A stretch of DNA of 64,000 nucleotides from Octopus vulgaris (Eukaryota), in NCBI GenBank assembly GCA_951406725.2, contig OX597829.1:46004001-46068000 (forward strand). The letters run 5' to 3'. A model generated the notes under the pieces. That model was not told the origin of the DNA. It searched no databases and was given only the letters and a program-made list of their open reading frames with translations. Made by a program: the position numbers and the translations under genes. Positions 40,943 to 55,111 of this stretch are shown here, in pieces (position 1 is the first letter of the stretch; each line of letters begins with the position of its first letter).

Positions 40943-43900
40943 ACTTCAATCTAAAATATCAATATTTTAAAATATATAAATAATAATTTTAAAATAATTA
41001 AAGTATGAATGAAAAAATATAAATATATAATCCATATATAACCTATATATAATCCATATATAATCAATATATAAACAATATATAAACTAAAATAAACCTA
41101 TCAACAATTAAATATAAAATATAAAATATAAAATATAAAATATAAAATAAAAAATATAAAATATAAAATATAAAACAAAACAAAAAAATAATAATAATAT
41201 AATAATAAACTATATATACACCCATACACATATACCTAATTATATATAACCATATCTAACTACATACACTAAATCACACACCTATATATATATCCCTATA
41301 CATACACATAAAAACGTCTAGGCAACAATAAATAAATAAAATAGCTAAATACTTCAACACAATACTTATTCATACTCCCACACACACACACATACAACCC
41401 ACATTCACGCTCTAGAAAACGGACATCACTCAAAATTATGAACGGAGAAATGGAATAAATGGAATTAAAAATTATATTCACTTGGTAAAACGAACACTAC
41501 TTAAAAATTATGAATGAAACAATGCAATAAAACAACAGACATCGCAAATATACACAAATTACTACGAATTCCTAAACAAACCTACCATGATAAACCAAAA
41601 CTCACAAAAACATATAATGATAAAATCTCCCTTTACTAAACTCTATAACATACCTATATAGCAATCCCCCTAACCTAAACATTCACACACAAATACACAC
41701 ACGTAAACCACACACCCACGACATATACAAATACCCACACCACTTACACATACCAATACATACATATAAACCTCAACATATACTCCAAAACCCACTCAAC
41801 CCCACAAAGACAAATCAACACAAAAATTATGAATGGATTCTTTTATAAAACTACCATGATAAGCTAAAACTCACAAAACAGAAATAATAAAACCTCCCTT
41901 GACTAAACACTATAACATACTTATATAGCAATCCCTTTAACCTATACATTCACACACAAAAACACACACGTAAACCACACACTCATAACAAATACAAACA
42001 CCCACCCCACTCACACACACCCACATGTACAAATAAGCCTCAACATATACACCAAACAAAATTACTTTACCAAGGAACTTAACATATGTATAAAAAATAT
42101 AACCGCTCTGGAAACGAACATCTCTAAATTTAATGAATGGAGAAATGGAATAAATGGAATTAAAAATAATATTCACGTGGCAAAACGAACACCACTCAAA
42201 AATTATGAATGAAACAATGTAATAAAACAACCAACATCGAAAATAGACAAATTACCACGAATTCCCTAAAAAAAACCATGATAAACCAAAACTCTTAAAA
42301 CCTATAACGATAAAATCTCCCTTTGCTAAACTCTATAACAAACCTATATAGCAATCCCCCTAACCTAAACACACGTAAACCACAGACCCACGACTTATAC
42401 ACATACCTATACTAACTTATAAACCTCAATATACACCAAAACCCCACATAGACAAATTAACACATACATCCCAAAACCTAAATAACAAACCCATATACAC
42501 ATTCACACACAAAAACACACACACGCAAAACACACACACACAACAGATACATATACTCCCTCACATATACGCATATACATACTCACTAAACTCGATATAT
42601 ACAACAATATTTACACACCCACACTCATACAGATAAATAAATTATACAACTAAAAACTCACACACAATCTCATATACATAAACACTCCTATGAAAACAAC
42701 ATTAAATACATCGTAATTAACCAGAATATCAAAAATAACAATATGACATAAGGATAAATAAATTACATACTTACAAGTCAGTTTCAAATTATGAAGTGAA
42801 ATTAAATTCTTAGCCGTTAAAAAAATCAAACCAAAATTACGTTACCATAGAAATAACTTATGTAAAAAAAGAATACGCGCCATGGAAAGTAAACGTCATT
42901 TAAAATTATGAATGGAGAAAAAGAATAAATGGAACTAAAAACTATATCCACGTGGCAAACCAACACTACTTAAAAAAAATTTATTATGAATGGATTCTTT
43001 AAAAAAACTACCATGAAAAATCATTATATACATTTATGAGCTTTAGCTCACCTTAACAGCTCTAACAAACAACTTGCAGCAACCCAACCCATTCTCGATG
43101 CCTACCTCGCTACTACACTATTCCACTCACAATTCCAAGCAACGCTAGTCCACCACCCGGTTACAATTCCCAACTCCACCCATTCATTCACAATTTCAAC
43201 GACGTTCGCCTCCACAGCGCTACATATAAGCCTCAACATATACACCGGAGATTCACTTTCACATTCGTGCGGATGGGTGAGAGTATACATTAAGTGTAGT
43301 AATGGGGCTCCCATTACTATACACATTTGTACCTGTGTGGTAGTCTCTATGTGTATATTCACGCACGAGTATATTTGCAGGGGGTACACGCGCACGTCAT
43401 TAGCGTGTACCCCCTCACATGTACATATGCATGCTATTTGGGCTCGATATATGCAACAATGTAATCGCGCCCGCATACATGCATATGGGCGAGTTGCACA
43501 ATCAAAAAATGCACACATGTGTGTGTGCGTTCCCTGGCTGTGCAATTCACCCATCTTGGTGTGAGTGGGTGTAAACGTATCGCTGTGGATGTCGAGCCTG
43601 ATACGTATGTATATGAGTGTGTATTTGCGATGTCTGTTGTTTTATTGCATTGTTTCATTCATAATTTTTAAGTAGTGTTCGTTTTACCAAGTGAATATAA
43701 TTTTTAATTCCATTTATTCCATTTCTCCGTTCATAATTTTGAGTGATGTCCGTTTTCTAGAGCGTGAATGTGGGTTGTATGTGTGTGTGTGTGGGAGTAT
43801 GAATAAGTATTGTGTTGAAGTATTTAGCTATTTTATTTATTTATTGTTGCCTAGACGTTTTTATGTGTATGTATAGGGATATATATATAGGTGTGTGATT

Positions 43901-44229
43901 TAGTGTATGTAGTTAGATATGGTTATATATAATTAGGTATATGTGTATGGGTGTATATATAGTTTATTATTATATTATTATTATTTTTTTGTTTTGTTTT
44001 ATATTTTATATTTTATATTTTTTATTTTATATTTTATATTTTATATTTTATATTTTATATTTAATTGTTGATAGGTTTATTTTAGTTTATATATTGTTTA
44101 TATATTGATTATATATGGATTATATATAGGTTATATATGGATTATATATTTATATTTTTTCATTCATACTTTAATTATTTTAAAATTATTATTTATATAT
44201 TTTAAAATATTGATATTTTAGATTGAAGT

Positions 44230-44272
44230 CCACCTGAAGATTGTCGATCAAGACAAGAAACGATTGTAGTGG
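44230..44272 (+). ncRNA. Type I hammerhead ribozyme motif (right arm)
   Basis: CCAC-CTGAAGA-TTGTC(GATCAA)GACAA-GAA-AC(GATT)GT-A-GTGG: stem I CCAC/GTGG, 5-bp stem II, 2-bp stem III, GUA cleavage triplet. Confidence 0.78.
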
Positions 44273-44448
44273 CGGTTTTTTTGACTATTTATTAAAATTT
44301 TATGTATTGATTAAGTCTTTCCTTGTTTGTTTTGCAAAATAGTGGTTTTGTCTCTAATAATATTTTATAATATTTTACTATAAAATTGGATTTAATCCTA
44401 AATCTGATTTTTTTCCCTGTAAAGTTGGATTTATTCCCTAATATTTAT

Positions 44449-44618
<170 letters not shown>

Positions 44619-44621
44619 ATA

Positions 44622-44985
44622 CGCGAGCTGGCAGAAACGTCAGCACGCCGGGCAAAATACGTAGCCTTATTTCATCTGCAATTACGTTCTGAGTTCAAAT
44701 TCCGCCAAGGTCGACTTTGCCTTTCATCATTTCGGGGTCGATTAAATAAGTACTAGTTATGCACTGGGGTCGATGTAATCGACTTAATCCCTTTGTCTAT
44801 CCTTGTTTGTCCCCTCTGTGTTTAGCTCCTTGTGGGCAGTAAAGAAATAACGGTTCGGCAAAAGAGACTGATAGAATAAGTACTGGGCTTACAAAAGAAT
44901 ATGTCCCAGGGTCAATTTGCTCGACTAAAGGCGGTGCTCTAGCATGGCCACAGTCAAGTGACTGAAACAAGTAAAAGAGAAAGAG
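44622..44985 (+). mobile_element. Composite SINE: family C body followed directly by family A 3' half
   Basis: Family C to GTAAAGAAATAA (~44850), then CGGTTCGGCAAAAGAG...AAGTAAAAGAG. Confidence 0.85.
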
Positions 44986-45048
44986 AAAAGAGAGAAATAT
45001 ATGCGTGTGTGCATATATATGCATATGTAAATATATATGTATATGCGC

Positions 45049-45129
<81 letters not shown>

Positions 45130-45690
45130 CGTGCAATTGGGCGTTCGTGGAATGTATCTCGCCTTTTTTGGTCTCGAAAAGTTTTCTTATATCTGTCCAG
45201 TGTATATTAATCCAGTTTCAGATACATGCGAAGAGTTTGTTTGAACTCAGAGTTTTTGAAGGTATTTTATATTATTAATAAAACAACAAAAAAACATAAA
45301 TAAGCAAATACACTTTCAAAACAGATACAAAATATTGCTCAAAATCTACGTAATCCATTAATCAAACGAGCTGTTGGATAATATATATACCCCTCTATAT
45401 ATTAGAGCCTATTTGTGTGTTCGATGCAACTCTATGAGAGTTCGTGTTTACACTGAAAGTTGTATTTTGCATGTATGTTCAAACATCAATATTTACGGTA
45501 ATTTTCATAAAATTTATTTATACACGATACTCACGCATACATACACACACACATCACAGCACATACCCTCACACATACACATACACGCATGTGTGTGCAT
45601 TTTGGTGATTGTTTAGTTTCATTAATTTTTGTGTTATTAATTTTTCTATGTATACATATATGCATACACACGTAATATATATCTATCTAG

Positions 45691-45757
<67 letters not shown>

Positions 45758-45759
45758 CC

Positions 45760-45790
<31 letters not shown>

Positions 45791-46289
45791 ATGTGTGTGT
45801 GTATTATGTGTGTGTATTTGTATTATATAGTACATATATATATGTGTGTGTGTGTATGTATGTGTATATGCATTATATAGTATATATATATATATATAAA
45901 CATATATATATAAAATTTTATATGTATGTCTATATTATGTACATAATTTAAACACGCAAAAACAATTACACGCACATTGAACACACACATACACACACGC
46001 ACGCGAACACACACACATTTGCGATAAAATAGAAACGAAATGGACTGGCAGAGGTCTTTGACCGCAGCAGATTGGTGAAAAAGAAATCTCTTGTTGATTT
46101 TCATATATATATATGATACATACATACTTACATACGTACATATATACATATATATATACATGTGTATGTGTGTGTATATGTGTATGCCTTTATGTATATG
46201 AATATACCCACAAACATTACGCCTTGGAGTTATAGAACACTTCAATCTCTTTCTTTCTACAAGAATCTACTCTTCATGTTTAGAATCAC

Positions 46290-46470
46290 ACTACACTGTG
46301 TTCCATCCTCAAGGAAGGCAAACTCTCTACTCAATACCTTTCCACCGTTTTGCACATTCTTCTGATAGCTGTAAGGCGATGGCAGCATCCATTAACAACG
46401 ACGCAGCCAAATCCATTGATGACCTACACCTCTCTGTTACAAATTTGTGGATGACTCTTGATTTGTAATT
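46290..46470 (+). mobile_element. Old LINE reverse-transcriptase fragment
   Basis: CYKFVDDS (YxDD-type motif) with an upstream PQG-like segment. Confidence 0.35.
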
Positions 46471-47017
46471 ATCTGATGGAAGCAAAGTTGCCTCTTTCGA
46501 TATTTACATACATTTTGCCCATGCCTTGGAATACGAGTTTCCTCTCGAAACTTCATGCTTCTACAAACACTAAGAAGACTGGTGGAGTAAAGAAGGTGTG
46601 CTGATCGCCTTTTACATTTTCAAGAATTGATGCACTGATGTGGCATTTGTCTTAAACGATCAGCAGCCAATATTATATTTGCGAACTGGCAGAATTATTA
46701 GCCCGACGGACAAAATGCCTGACGACATTTTGTGTGTCTTTGCGATCTCAGATAAAATTCTGGCGAGGTCGACTTTGCCATTCATCCCTTTCAGCGTCGA
46801 TAAAAATAAGTATCAATCAACCACTGGAGTTCGATGAAATCTATTTACCCCTCCCCTAAAAATTGCTAGCCTTGTGTTAAAATTTGAATCCGAAATTGTA
46901 TTAGCGGTCATAGTAAGACCGCATTTCTTCTCATCTTACTCTGATTCTACCTACGATGAGTAGCTTTACCGATAAATTGGATTCCGTGAGATTACTAGCG
47001 TATGCTATAACCTCTGA

Positions 47018-47400
47018 AGAGGCGCAATGGCCCAGAGGTTAGGGCAGCGGACTCGCATTCGTAGGATCGCGGTTTCGATTCCCAGACCGGGCGTTGTGAG
47101 TGTTTATTGAGCGAAAACACCTAAAAGCTCCACGAGGCTCCGGCAGGGGGGTGGTGGTGAACCCTGCTGTACTCTTTCACCAAAACTTTCTCTCACTCAT
47201 ACTTCCTGTTTCTGTTGTACCTGTATTTCAAAGGGCCGGCCTTGTCACTCTCTGTGTCACGCTGAATATCCCCGAGAACTACGTTAAGGGTAGACGTGTC
47301 CGTGGAGTGCTCAGCCACTTGCACGTTAATTTCACGAGCAGGCTGTTCCGTTGATTCGGATCAACCGGAACCCTCATCGTCGTAACCGACGGAGTGCTTC
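47018..47400 (+). mobile_element. SINE family B, long-tail type, full length
   Basis: tRNA-Arg-like head to GACGGAGTGCTTC; flanking CTATAACC(T/A)CT direct repeats. Confidence 0.9.
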
Positions 47401-48429
47401 CACTATAACCACTATGGACGTTCCTCAACTGATCTTTTGTCGACCTCTTGTGATATATACTCCTGATCATTTTGACGCGTATATTCTTCTGTTATATACG
47501 TACCTGTTCAACTGAAACTCTGCCTGTAGTCAATCATCATTAAACACCTAGAACATACCCGGTTTTTTTCCTTTTTCGTTGTGGTTCAAGCTGGATTTTA
47601 GGCTGGAAGTCAATGCGAGTACTGATTACGTGTGCCTATTATCTTGCGTTATCAGACGGAATATTACACAGATAGGCACGCATATGCACTCGTGTCTCTA
47701 CAAATACTACGCAAATATTATTGCGTGTACAAACGCGGATATACTCACAGAGTCAAAATATACACACGCTAACACATTCACATTGTGTGTGACTGTATGT
47801 GCGTATTTGTGTACGTAGGTGTGTGTGTATGTGTGTGCAAAATGCATATAGATATATTTGCAGATAAATATTCATATACAGAAAAGCATGCAAATTGATG
47901 TATACTTATATATATACATATATATGTATGTGTGCGCGCGTGTGTGTGTGTGTATGTGTGTGTATGTGTGAATGCATATCTATGTATAAATATATGATAA
48001 TTTTTATATATAGTACATATAGATGCATATACATGTTTAAACGCCATCTATATACATCAACACATAGCAGCTATGTTTACACACACACACACACACGTAT
48101 ATATATGCATACATGTTATCACACACACACATATATATATATATACTTACATATATACATATATATACATATATACATATATGTGTGTATATATATATTT
48201 ATGTACGTATTCTGTATATAAATACATATAAATATATGCATACATATACATACACGCACGGAAGTATATAAACTGCATGTGTGCGCATGGGTGCATCGAT
48301 GTATATGTCTACAAGTACCACTTACGTATGCAGCTGACTTTATACATTTGCACAAGTGTACGTATACACGCGTACGCAGATATACACGTATTCATACGCA
48401 CACAGATACACACCGAGCCGTATATATAT

Positions 48430-48520
<91 letters not shown>

Positions 48521-48530
48521 TATGTATATA

Positions 48531-48662
<132 letters not shown>

Positions 48663-48970
48663 TGGTGTATGAGAGAGTGTTGGAAAGGAGAAAAGGAGAA
48701 AAGGTGGAGAAAGCGAGAGAGAAGGCAACTCACTGCATCACATGATCAGAAAGAGCCTTCAGATACATATATGTGTGTCTGTGTGTATAGATTCATATGT
48801 GTATAGCACAGATTCATAATTGTTGCTTGCTGCTATTGCTAACGGCATTAAAACTAATATTTTAAATATGATTTATCAGAAGTGGATGCTAATCAACAGG
48901 AGGAAAGTATATATTTAGTCGCTTGAAGCTAACGTCGGGAATATTCTGAAATATTCACTTACATATATTT

Positions 48971-49445
48971 TCATCATCGTCGTCGTCGTCGTCGTCATCA
49001 TCATCATCGTCGTCACCATCATCATCGTCATCGTCATCGTCATCGTCATCATCGTCATCATCATCATCATCGTCATCATCGTCGTCGTCGTCCTCCTCCT
49101 CCTCCTCATCATCATCGTCATCATCATCATCATCATCAGCATCGTCATCATCGTCATCCTCATCCTCATCCTCATCCTCCTCATCATCATCATCGTCATC
49201 GTCGTCGTCATCATCGTCATCATCGTCATCATCATCGTCATCATCGTCATCATCGTCATCGTCATCATCATCGTCATCATCGTCATCATCAGCATCGTCA
49301 TCATCGTCATCATCGTCGTCGTCCTCCTCCTCCTCCTCCTCCTCATCATCATCATCATCGTCATCGTCGTCGTCATCATCATCATCATCGTCATCATCAT
49401 CATCATCAGCATCGTCATCATCGTCATCATCGTCGTCGTCGTCGT

Positions 49446-49476
<31 letters not shown>

Positions 49477-49485
49477 ATCATCATC
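48971..49485. repeat. Compound (CAT)/(CGT)/(CCT) trinucleotide array
   Basis: Directly visible, with recurring higher-order blocks; followed by (TACA)n to ~49740. Confidence 0.95.
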
Positions 49486-49741
49486 ACATCATACATACAT
49501 ACATGCATACATACATACACACATACATGCATACATACATACACACATACACACATACATACATACATACATACATACATACATTCATACATACATTCAT
49601 ACATACATTCATACATACATACATACATACATAAATACATACATGCATACATACATGCATACATACATACATACATACATACATACATACATACATACAT
49701 ACATACATACATACATACATACATACATGCTTGCATACATA

Positions 49742-50400
49742 CAGGAAATGTCAAACAAATACCTGATGCACAAAAGGGATAGAGATGCAGGAAAAGCCGT
49801 AAAATGTGACAACCGATGCAGAATTTGCGTAGTTCACATCATAAGCCGTTGTCCGAAAATGTCATCACGGTATAATATACTCGTGTGACGTGATGTAGCT
49901 AGGATACTGTATAAGGAGATCCCTCGAAAGGATGATCCCAAGGACAAAGAAATAAGAGCCCACAATATGGTAGAAGCCATAGCCACTCATTAAAACAGAA
50001 TGCTGGTGGAATGTCCCAGTGAAGACCTCAATAAAATTATGATATCACCTCAATAAAATGTAAGCATAACAGACCTGATATAATGATTTGGGATAGAGAA
50101 GAGAAACTGTGTACAGTTGTGGAAATTAGCTGCGCAGCGGATGTTAACATAAAGCTGAAGATCAGTGAAAAAGATAATACCTATGCTGAACTATTGAGAA
50201 ATCTGCAGTTACTCTATCCAGATTACAAGTTCAGGTTTATACCTGTAATTATTGGGGCCCTGGGATACGTAATACACTGCTTAAATAATAATCTTGAGAA
50301 ATTAGGCTTCTCAAAATCAAGAAGGAGAAAGCTAATTCGAAAAATACAGATCGAATCCATCACTGAAACTGTAAAAGTCTGTAAAACTTTCCAGAAGTAC
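49742..50400 (+). mobile_element. R4/Dong-like non-LTR retrotransposon 3' remnant (zinc knuckle plus restriction-like endonuclease)
   Basis: CRIC...HIISRCP, HNRPDIMIWD, VVEISC, KDNTYAEL, IPVIIGALG. Confidence 0.88.
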
Positions 50401-50710
50401 TTTGCAGTACGCCTTTCTAGCCTCTTGTTGAAATAATCATCTAGAAATATGCGCACATTCCAACAACCAAAATTCAGATGTTTATTTTTACTTCTTGAAG
50501 ATTGTTTGACAACAGTGGCGAGATGACGACCGGGCCTAGCTATTGACATACTCGGACACCTGCCGAGCCAGTTCTGTTCCCCTGACACTCCCAAGCCTTT
50601 TTTGCCATTTACTGAATCTGTTTGAGACATTTCAAAGTAAGCCTCTTGTTGAAATAATCATCTAGAAATATGCGCACATTCCAACAACCAAAATTCAGAT
50701 GTTTATTTTT
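50400..50710 (-). mobile_element. RTE-clade LINE 5' fragment with a 70-bp duplication
   Basis: GCWNVRIFLDD...RLERRTA matches the RTE endonuclease start (WNVRTL..RPERRTA); 50420-50489 repeated at 50641-50710. Confidence 0.7.
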
Positions 50711-50899
50711 GCGTTGGTGTATTTCTTCTGTAATTGTGTGTAGAATTGCAGATAATATTACAAAAATCAAAGTTTATATTATTAATGCGTACTTGGGATG
50801 CATTATCAAATAAGCTATATACACTTGTTATCTACGTTTGAGGGATCATCAAGAATCAGCCGAAACTGAACCAAGACAATTTTCTCTACCGTAATTTCA

Positions 50900-51400
50900 T
50901 GGGTTTGTTGTGCGTGATCGTGTATATAAATTTTCATTAATGTCGCTTCTCGCTAACGACGTGCTGCTGTATAGAAAGATATTTCTGCCTGAGGAACATA
51001 TTATAGATGTTTCTGCTGATGTTAATAAGATAAATTTACCAATTAAAGAATTTGCAGCTGTTGTAGCGATAAAAATTATTTTTTTAATCACTGTTAGCTA
51101 TAATCAGAAATTTCTCTTCTCGAAACGCTTCCTTCCTTCCGATTCGCTCGGAGCGCACAATTGTCATCCTGAGTCTGCAAGATACACTGTACATATGCAA
51201 ACAGCTTTATCCCCTCAACATGAAAAATGATCTGCCTATCGGGCTGTCATAACCGTGGATCTCAAAACGGATAATTATCTCTTGATATTATCCCACACTA
51301 TTAACCTCATGTATAGCAGCTTTGCACTTCCTTCTTTTATACGAGAACTCATTTGTCTTTCTAGTGTAACCAACGTCACTAGTTTTAAGTAATTAACTGA
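50900..51400 (+). mobile_element. Old CR1/Jockey-like LINE RT fragment
   Basis: SLLANDVLLYRKI resembles LFADD.LLYR.I. Confidence 0.4.
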
Positions 51401-51644
51401 TAACGCACGCCATTAACATTTTCAGCCGTCTTTAATGATACTTATTAATTATTATGATGATGATGATGACGACGACGATGATGATGATGATAATGACCAG
51501 ATCCCTGGGAAACTAACAATCTAAAATTGTTGACATAAACCGCTAAACATTCTCAGGAAATTTCCCTACATTTAATGCATATGTGCCCTAATATATATGT
51601 GCCGGTCGAAAGATGAAATAAAATGCAATTCAATCGACAAATAA

Positions 51645-51661
51645 TAATGATGTTGTTGTTG

Positions 51662-51716
<55 letters not shown>

Positions 51717-51809
51717 TGATGATGATGATGATGATGATGATAATAATAATAATGATAATGATAATGATGATGATGATGATGATGATGACGACGATGACGA
51801 CGACGACGA

Positions 51810-51845
<36 letters not shown>

Positions 51846-51885
51846 TGATGATGATGATGATGATGATGATAATAATAATAATGAT
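51645..51885. repeat. (TAA)/(TGA)/(CGA) trinucleotide array
   Basis: Directly visible. Confidence 0.95.
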
Positions 51886-52449
51886 AAATGTTCTGATGTA
51901 GTACCAGGCAGGTGTTCTCATGGCTGTTGATCGTAACTGATTGAAAGTGTCATCGTACATTGTTTTGTCTTGGTATAAAAGATGGGCTACAGCAAATATT
52001 CTGCTCAATACCACAGATTTGCTTGTCAGTTGTTTTACCTTAACCAGTTGAGCATGTTCCTTAGTGGCTGACGATATGTGCATCTCTGATCACGAGCAGA
52101 AGTAGTGGGGGGAGCATCTTAGCCGTGCGTTGAGAGAAATTCTTTAGAGTTTGGATAATTCATCTTTGGAAACATGGGTGTTTCGTTCAACATTCTTAAA
52201 CAACCCTTATTCAGGGACGAAAATTCTAACTGGGCCCCACCTGAATGGTCATGCGCTGTTTATCTTGAAATGTGATCACTATGTCGTGCACATATGGTTG
52301 TGATGCATGTGCCTGGTATACCCTTATCAGACGGGTAGTCATGATGGGTATACTGGGCTTTGTATATTAATACCCAATGTCACTGCTCTCTCACTCAAAA
52401 TAGTAACAATAATGATAATGATGATTAAAAAATCATTGAAATAATAATG

Positions 52450-53313
52450 AAAGAAAAAGCATGGAAGACAAAATGTATGTCAGTTTAGAAGAAAGGTGAA
52501 TGCCAAGACGGATACAGAGGATCGGTGGCTGTGGATGAGGAGGAGTGACCTAAAGATAGAGGCAGAAGCACTCATATGCGCAGCTCAAGAACAAGCGTTA
52601 AGGATTAATTATATGAAGTGCAAAATAGACACACTACCGACAGCATCAAATGCAGAATGTGTGGTGAGAGGAGTGAAACGGTATGGCACAACGTTATCGA
52701 ATGCACGAAATTGGCTCAACGCGAATACAAAAGACCCCTTGACAATGTGGCAAGAATGATCCTTTGGGAGCTCTGTGGAAACTACGGCTTATAAAAAGTA
52801 AAGACGTGGTATGAGAAAAACCCATGTGCCACCGAGAATGAGAACTGCAAAATACTGTAGGATGCAATGGTATATTGCGATCACCTGATCAGACATCGGA
52901 AAGCGGACATTGTTGTAGTGAATAAGACAAATAAAAAATATGCATGATGATCAACATAGCATGCCCAGGTGACAACAGGATCAATGTGAAAGAAGAAAAA
53001 AAAAACAACTATGACGATTTGAAATGGGAAATACGAAGGTTGTGGACAGTGAAGGGAGTAGACGAGATACCAATAGTAATTGGTGCACTTGGGAGTATAA
53101 GCACTCAACTACCAACATGGCTGAGAAAGATGGGGACAAGAGTGAAGGAAGAACACCAACAAAATCAGCATTGCTTGGAACTGTAAGAATTCTTGAATGG
53201 TTCTTGAAGCATGGCCAGTAAACAAGTGTCACCTTAGTCTACTGGCTGTGGACAGCTGACGTTTTCCATTATACACAGGAAAATAAGCTGTGAGTTTTGC
53301 TCACATAATAATG
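52450..53313 (+). mobile_element. R4/Dong-like LINE 3' remnant, second lineage
   Basis: RWLWMRRSDLKIEAEALICAAQEQAL, CRMCGERSETVWH...C, RKADIVV, IACPGD, PIVIGALG, KSALLGTVRIL; ends in TAATAA and starts beside TAA repeats, as expected for Dong. Confidence 0.92.
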
Positions 53314-53829
53314 ACACTAATTCCTTCTAATCTTGGCATAAGCGCAACAATTTTGAGGGGAGGACGGGCAAGTCGATTCATTGCTCCCAGTACTTGACCG
53401 CTCCTTTTTTTGATATTGACACCGAAAAGATGAAAAGTAACTTGACCGCGGCAGAATTTGGTCTCAGTACCACTAGGTCTTTTGTCCAGCAGCAAATGCT
53501 TATGCTTGGATGCACATTAATACAAACACATCTGAGAAAAATTATTCAGTACAGCTGATAAACCATAAGAAGCCTCGAATCACACTAGGGAAAGTTTCAA
53601 CAGTATTCTATCTTAATATATGGATATGTATATCGATATTGAAGCTATACCTACTTGTCTACCTCCCACTCTTTTACACTCTCTTTCTTTCTCTCTCCCC
53701 CTCTCTATCTATCTATATGTATGGCCAATAATAATAATAAGGGTAAAATTAATTAATTAATTAATAATTAATAATGCCACCAAGTAGTGATTCGGTATAT
53801 AAAAGACCGTTATCGGTAAATTTAAACAA

Positions 53830-54724
53830 TATTTATTATAATAAGGGTTAGGCAAAAGAATTTGCTTCACCACACACCGAACTTTAGAAATAGCAGCCAA
53901 AAAAAAACTAGCTATTTCTTCTACTGTAAGAAACAACTCCCAGACAATATATGCTCAAAAAGGTATCACGTAGGCAGAGAAAGAAATGTGATCCCTATGT
54001 CGTGCACATATGGTTGTGATGCATGTACCTGGTATACCCTTATCAGACGGGTAGTCATGATGAGTATACTGGGCTTTGTATATTAATACACAATGTCACT
54101 GTTATCTAACTCAAAATAGTTATAATAATGATAATGATAATTAAAAAATCATTGAAATAATAATGACATAACAAAAATGATAATAATAAATTAATAATAA
54201 ATTGATTAATTAATTTAATCCTTATTATTATTATTGAAAATACAATTCTCTCCCTGATAATAAACTACAGTTTTCTGCTGTAGAATTTTTGCTTAACAAC
54301 ACACGTTGGTGGACGAGGGGAAGTTGCGGGACCTCATTCGCAGGTTTTGAATTTGGCGGTACTGGTCATTGATATAATTTGTCTAATGTTATTAGAATCA
54401 GATAGGTATGTTCAGGTTTTTTCAGTGCTACCAAATTTAAAATATATGGAAATACTGTGCTGATGAGAAAAATGATCAGAATGGAAATGCGATTCTTGCA
54501 TTTTTCATATCTATCTAATTTCGAAACGCGTCCACAGTTAATCTAATGCCGGGTGAATTTCGTTATTTTCTTTCTCTGCCTACGTGATATGTTTTTGAGT
54601 ATATATTGTCTGGGAGTTGTTTCTTACAATAGAAGAAATGGCTAGTTTTTTGGGGGCTGCTATTTCTAAAGTTCGGTGTGTGGTGAAGCAAATTCTTTTG
54701 CCTAACCCTTATTATAATAAATAT
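53830..54724. repeat. Inverted repeat with ~157-bp arms (53830-53987 and 54567-54724)
   Basis: AAGGGTTAGGCAAAAGAATTTGCTTCACCACACACCGAAC... and its reverse complement. Confidence 0.9.
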
Positions 54725-55111
54725 CTATATGTATGTATAGATATGTTTATATGTACATATGTATCTATATACATATGTACTTACGGTCCTCCTCTTGAGT
54801 GCATGGTACATTTATATACAAGATTTGTACTCATACAGAGGTTCATCACTGGGTATTTTGATTTTTTTCTGTGTGAGCATTTATTACATTTATTTGTATA
54901 TATATGGCAGTTCTGAATTCATTTTCCGATGTCGTTACCGTGTTAGCTATACTAGAAGTATTTCTACTATCACGATTTTGCCGTATCTTGTACATTTTAT
55001 TGCGGCTTACATCTCCTTTCTTGGTATTTTGAAAATGAAGTCAAGACTGCCTTATATATACAAACAAATATAATAAAAGAGGATTGTTGTTCGCTTGAAG
55101 CATTGTGTATT

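Noticed and set aside
47020-47092. tRNA-Arg-like sequence
   Set aside because: SINE head with no matching acceptor stem, continuing into the SINE body.
48915-49754. 279-aa ORF, the longest in the window
   Set aside because: Almost entirely (TATG)n plus trinucleotide repeat; no domain.
53775-53820. Hammerhead-like CCGATAA-CGGT...ACC-GAAT on the minus strand
   Set aside because: At least three core mismatches; not supportable alone.
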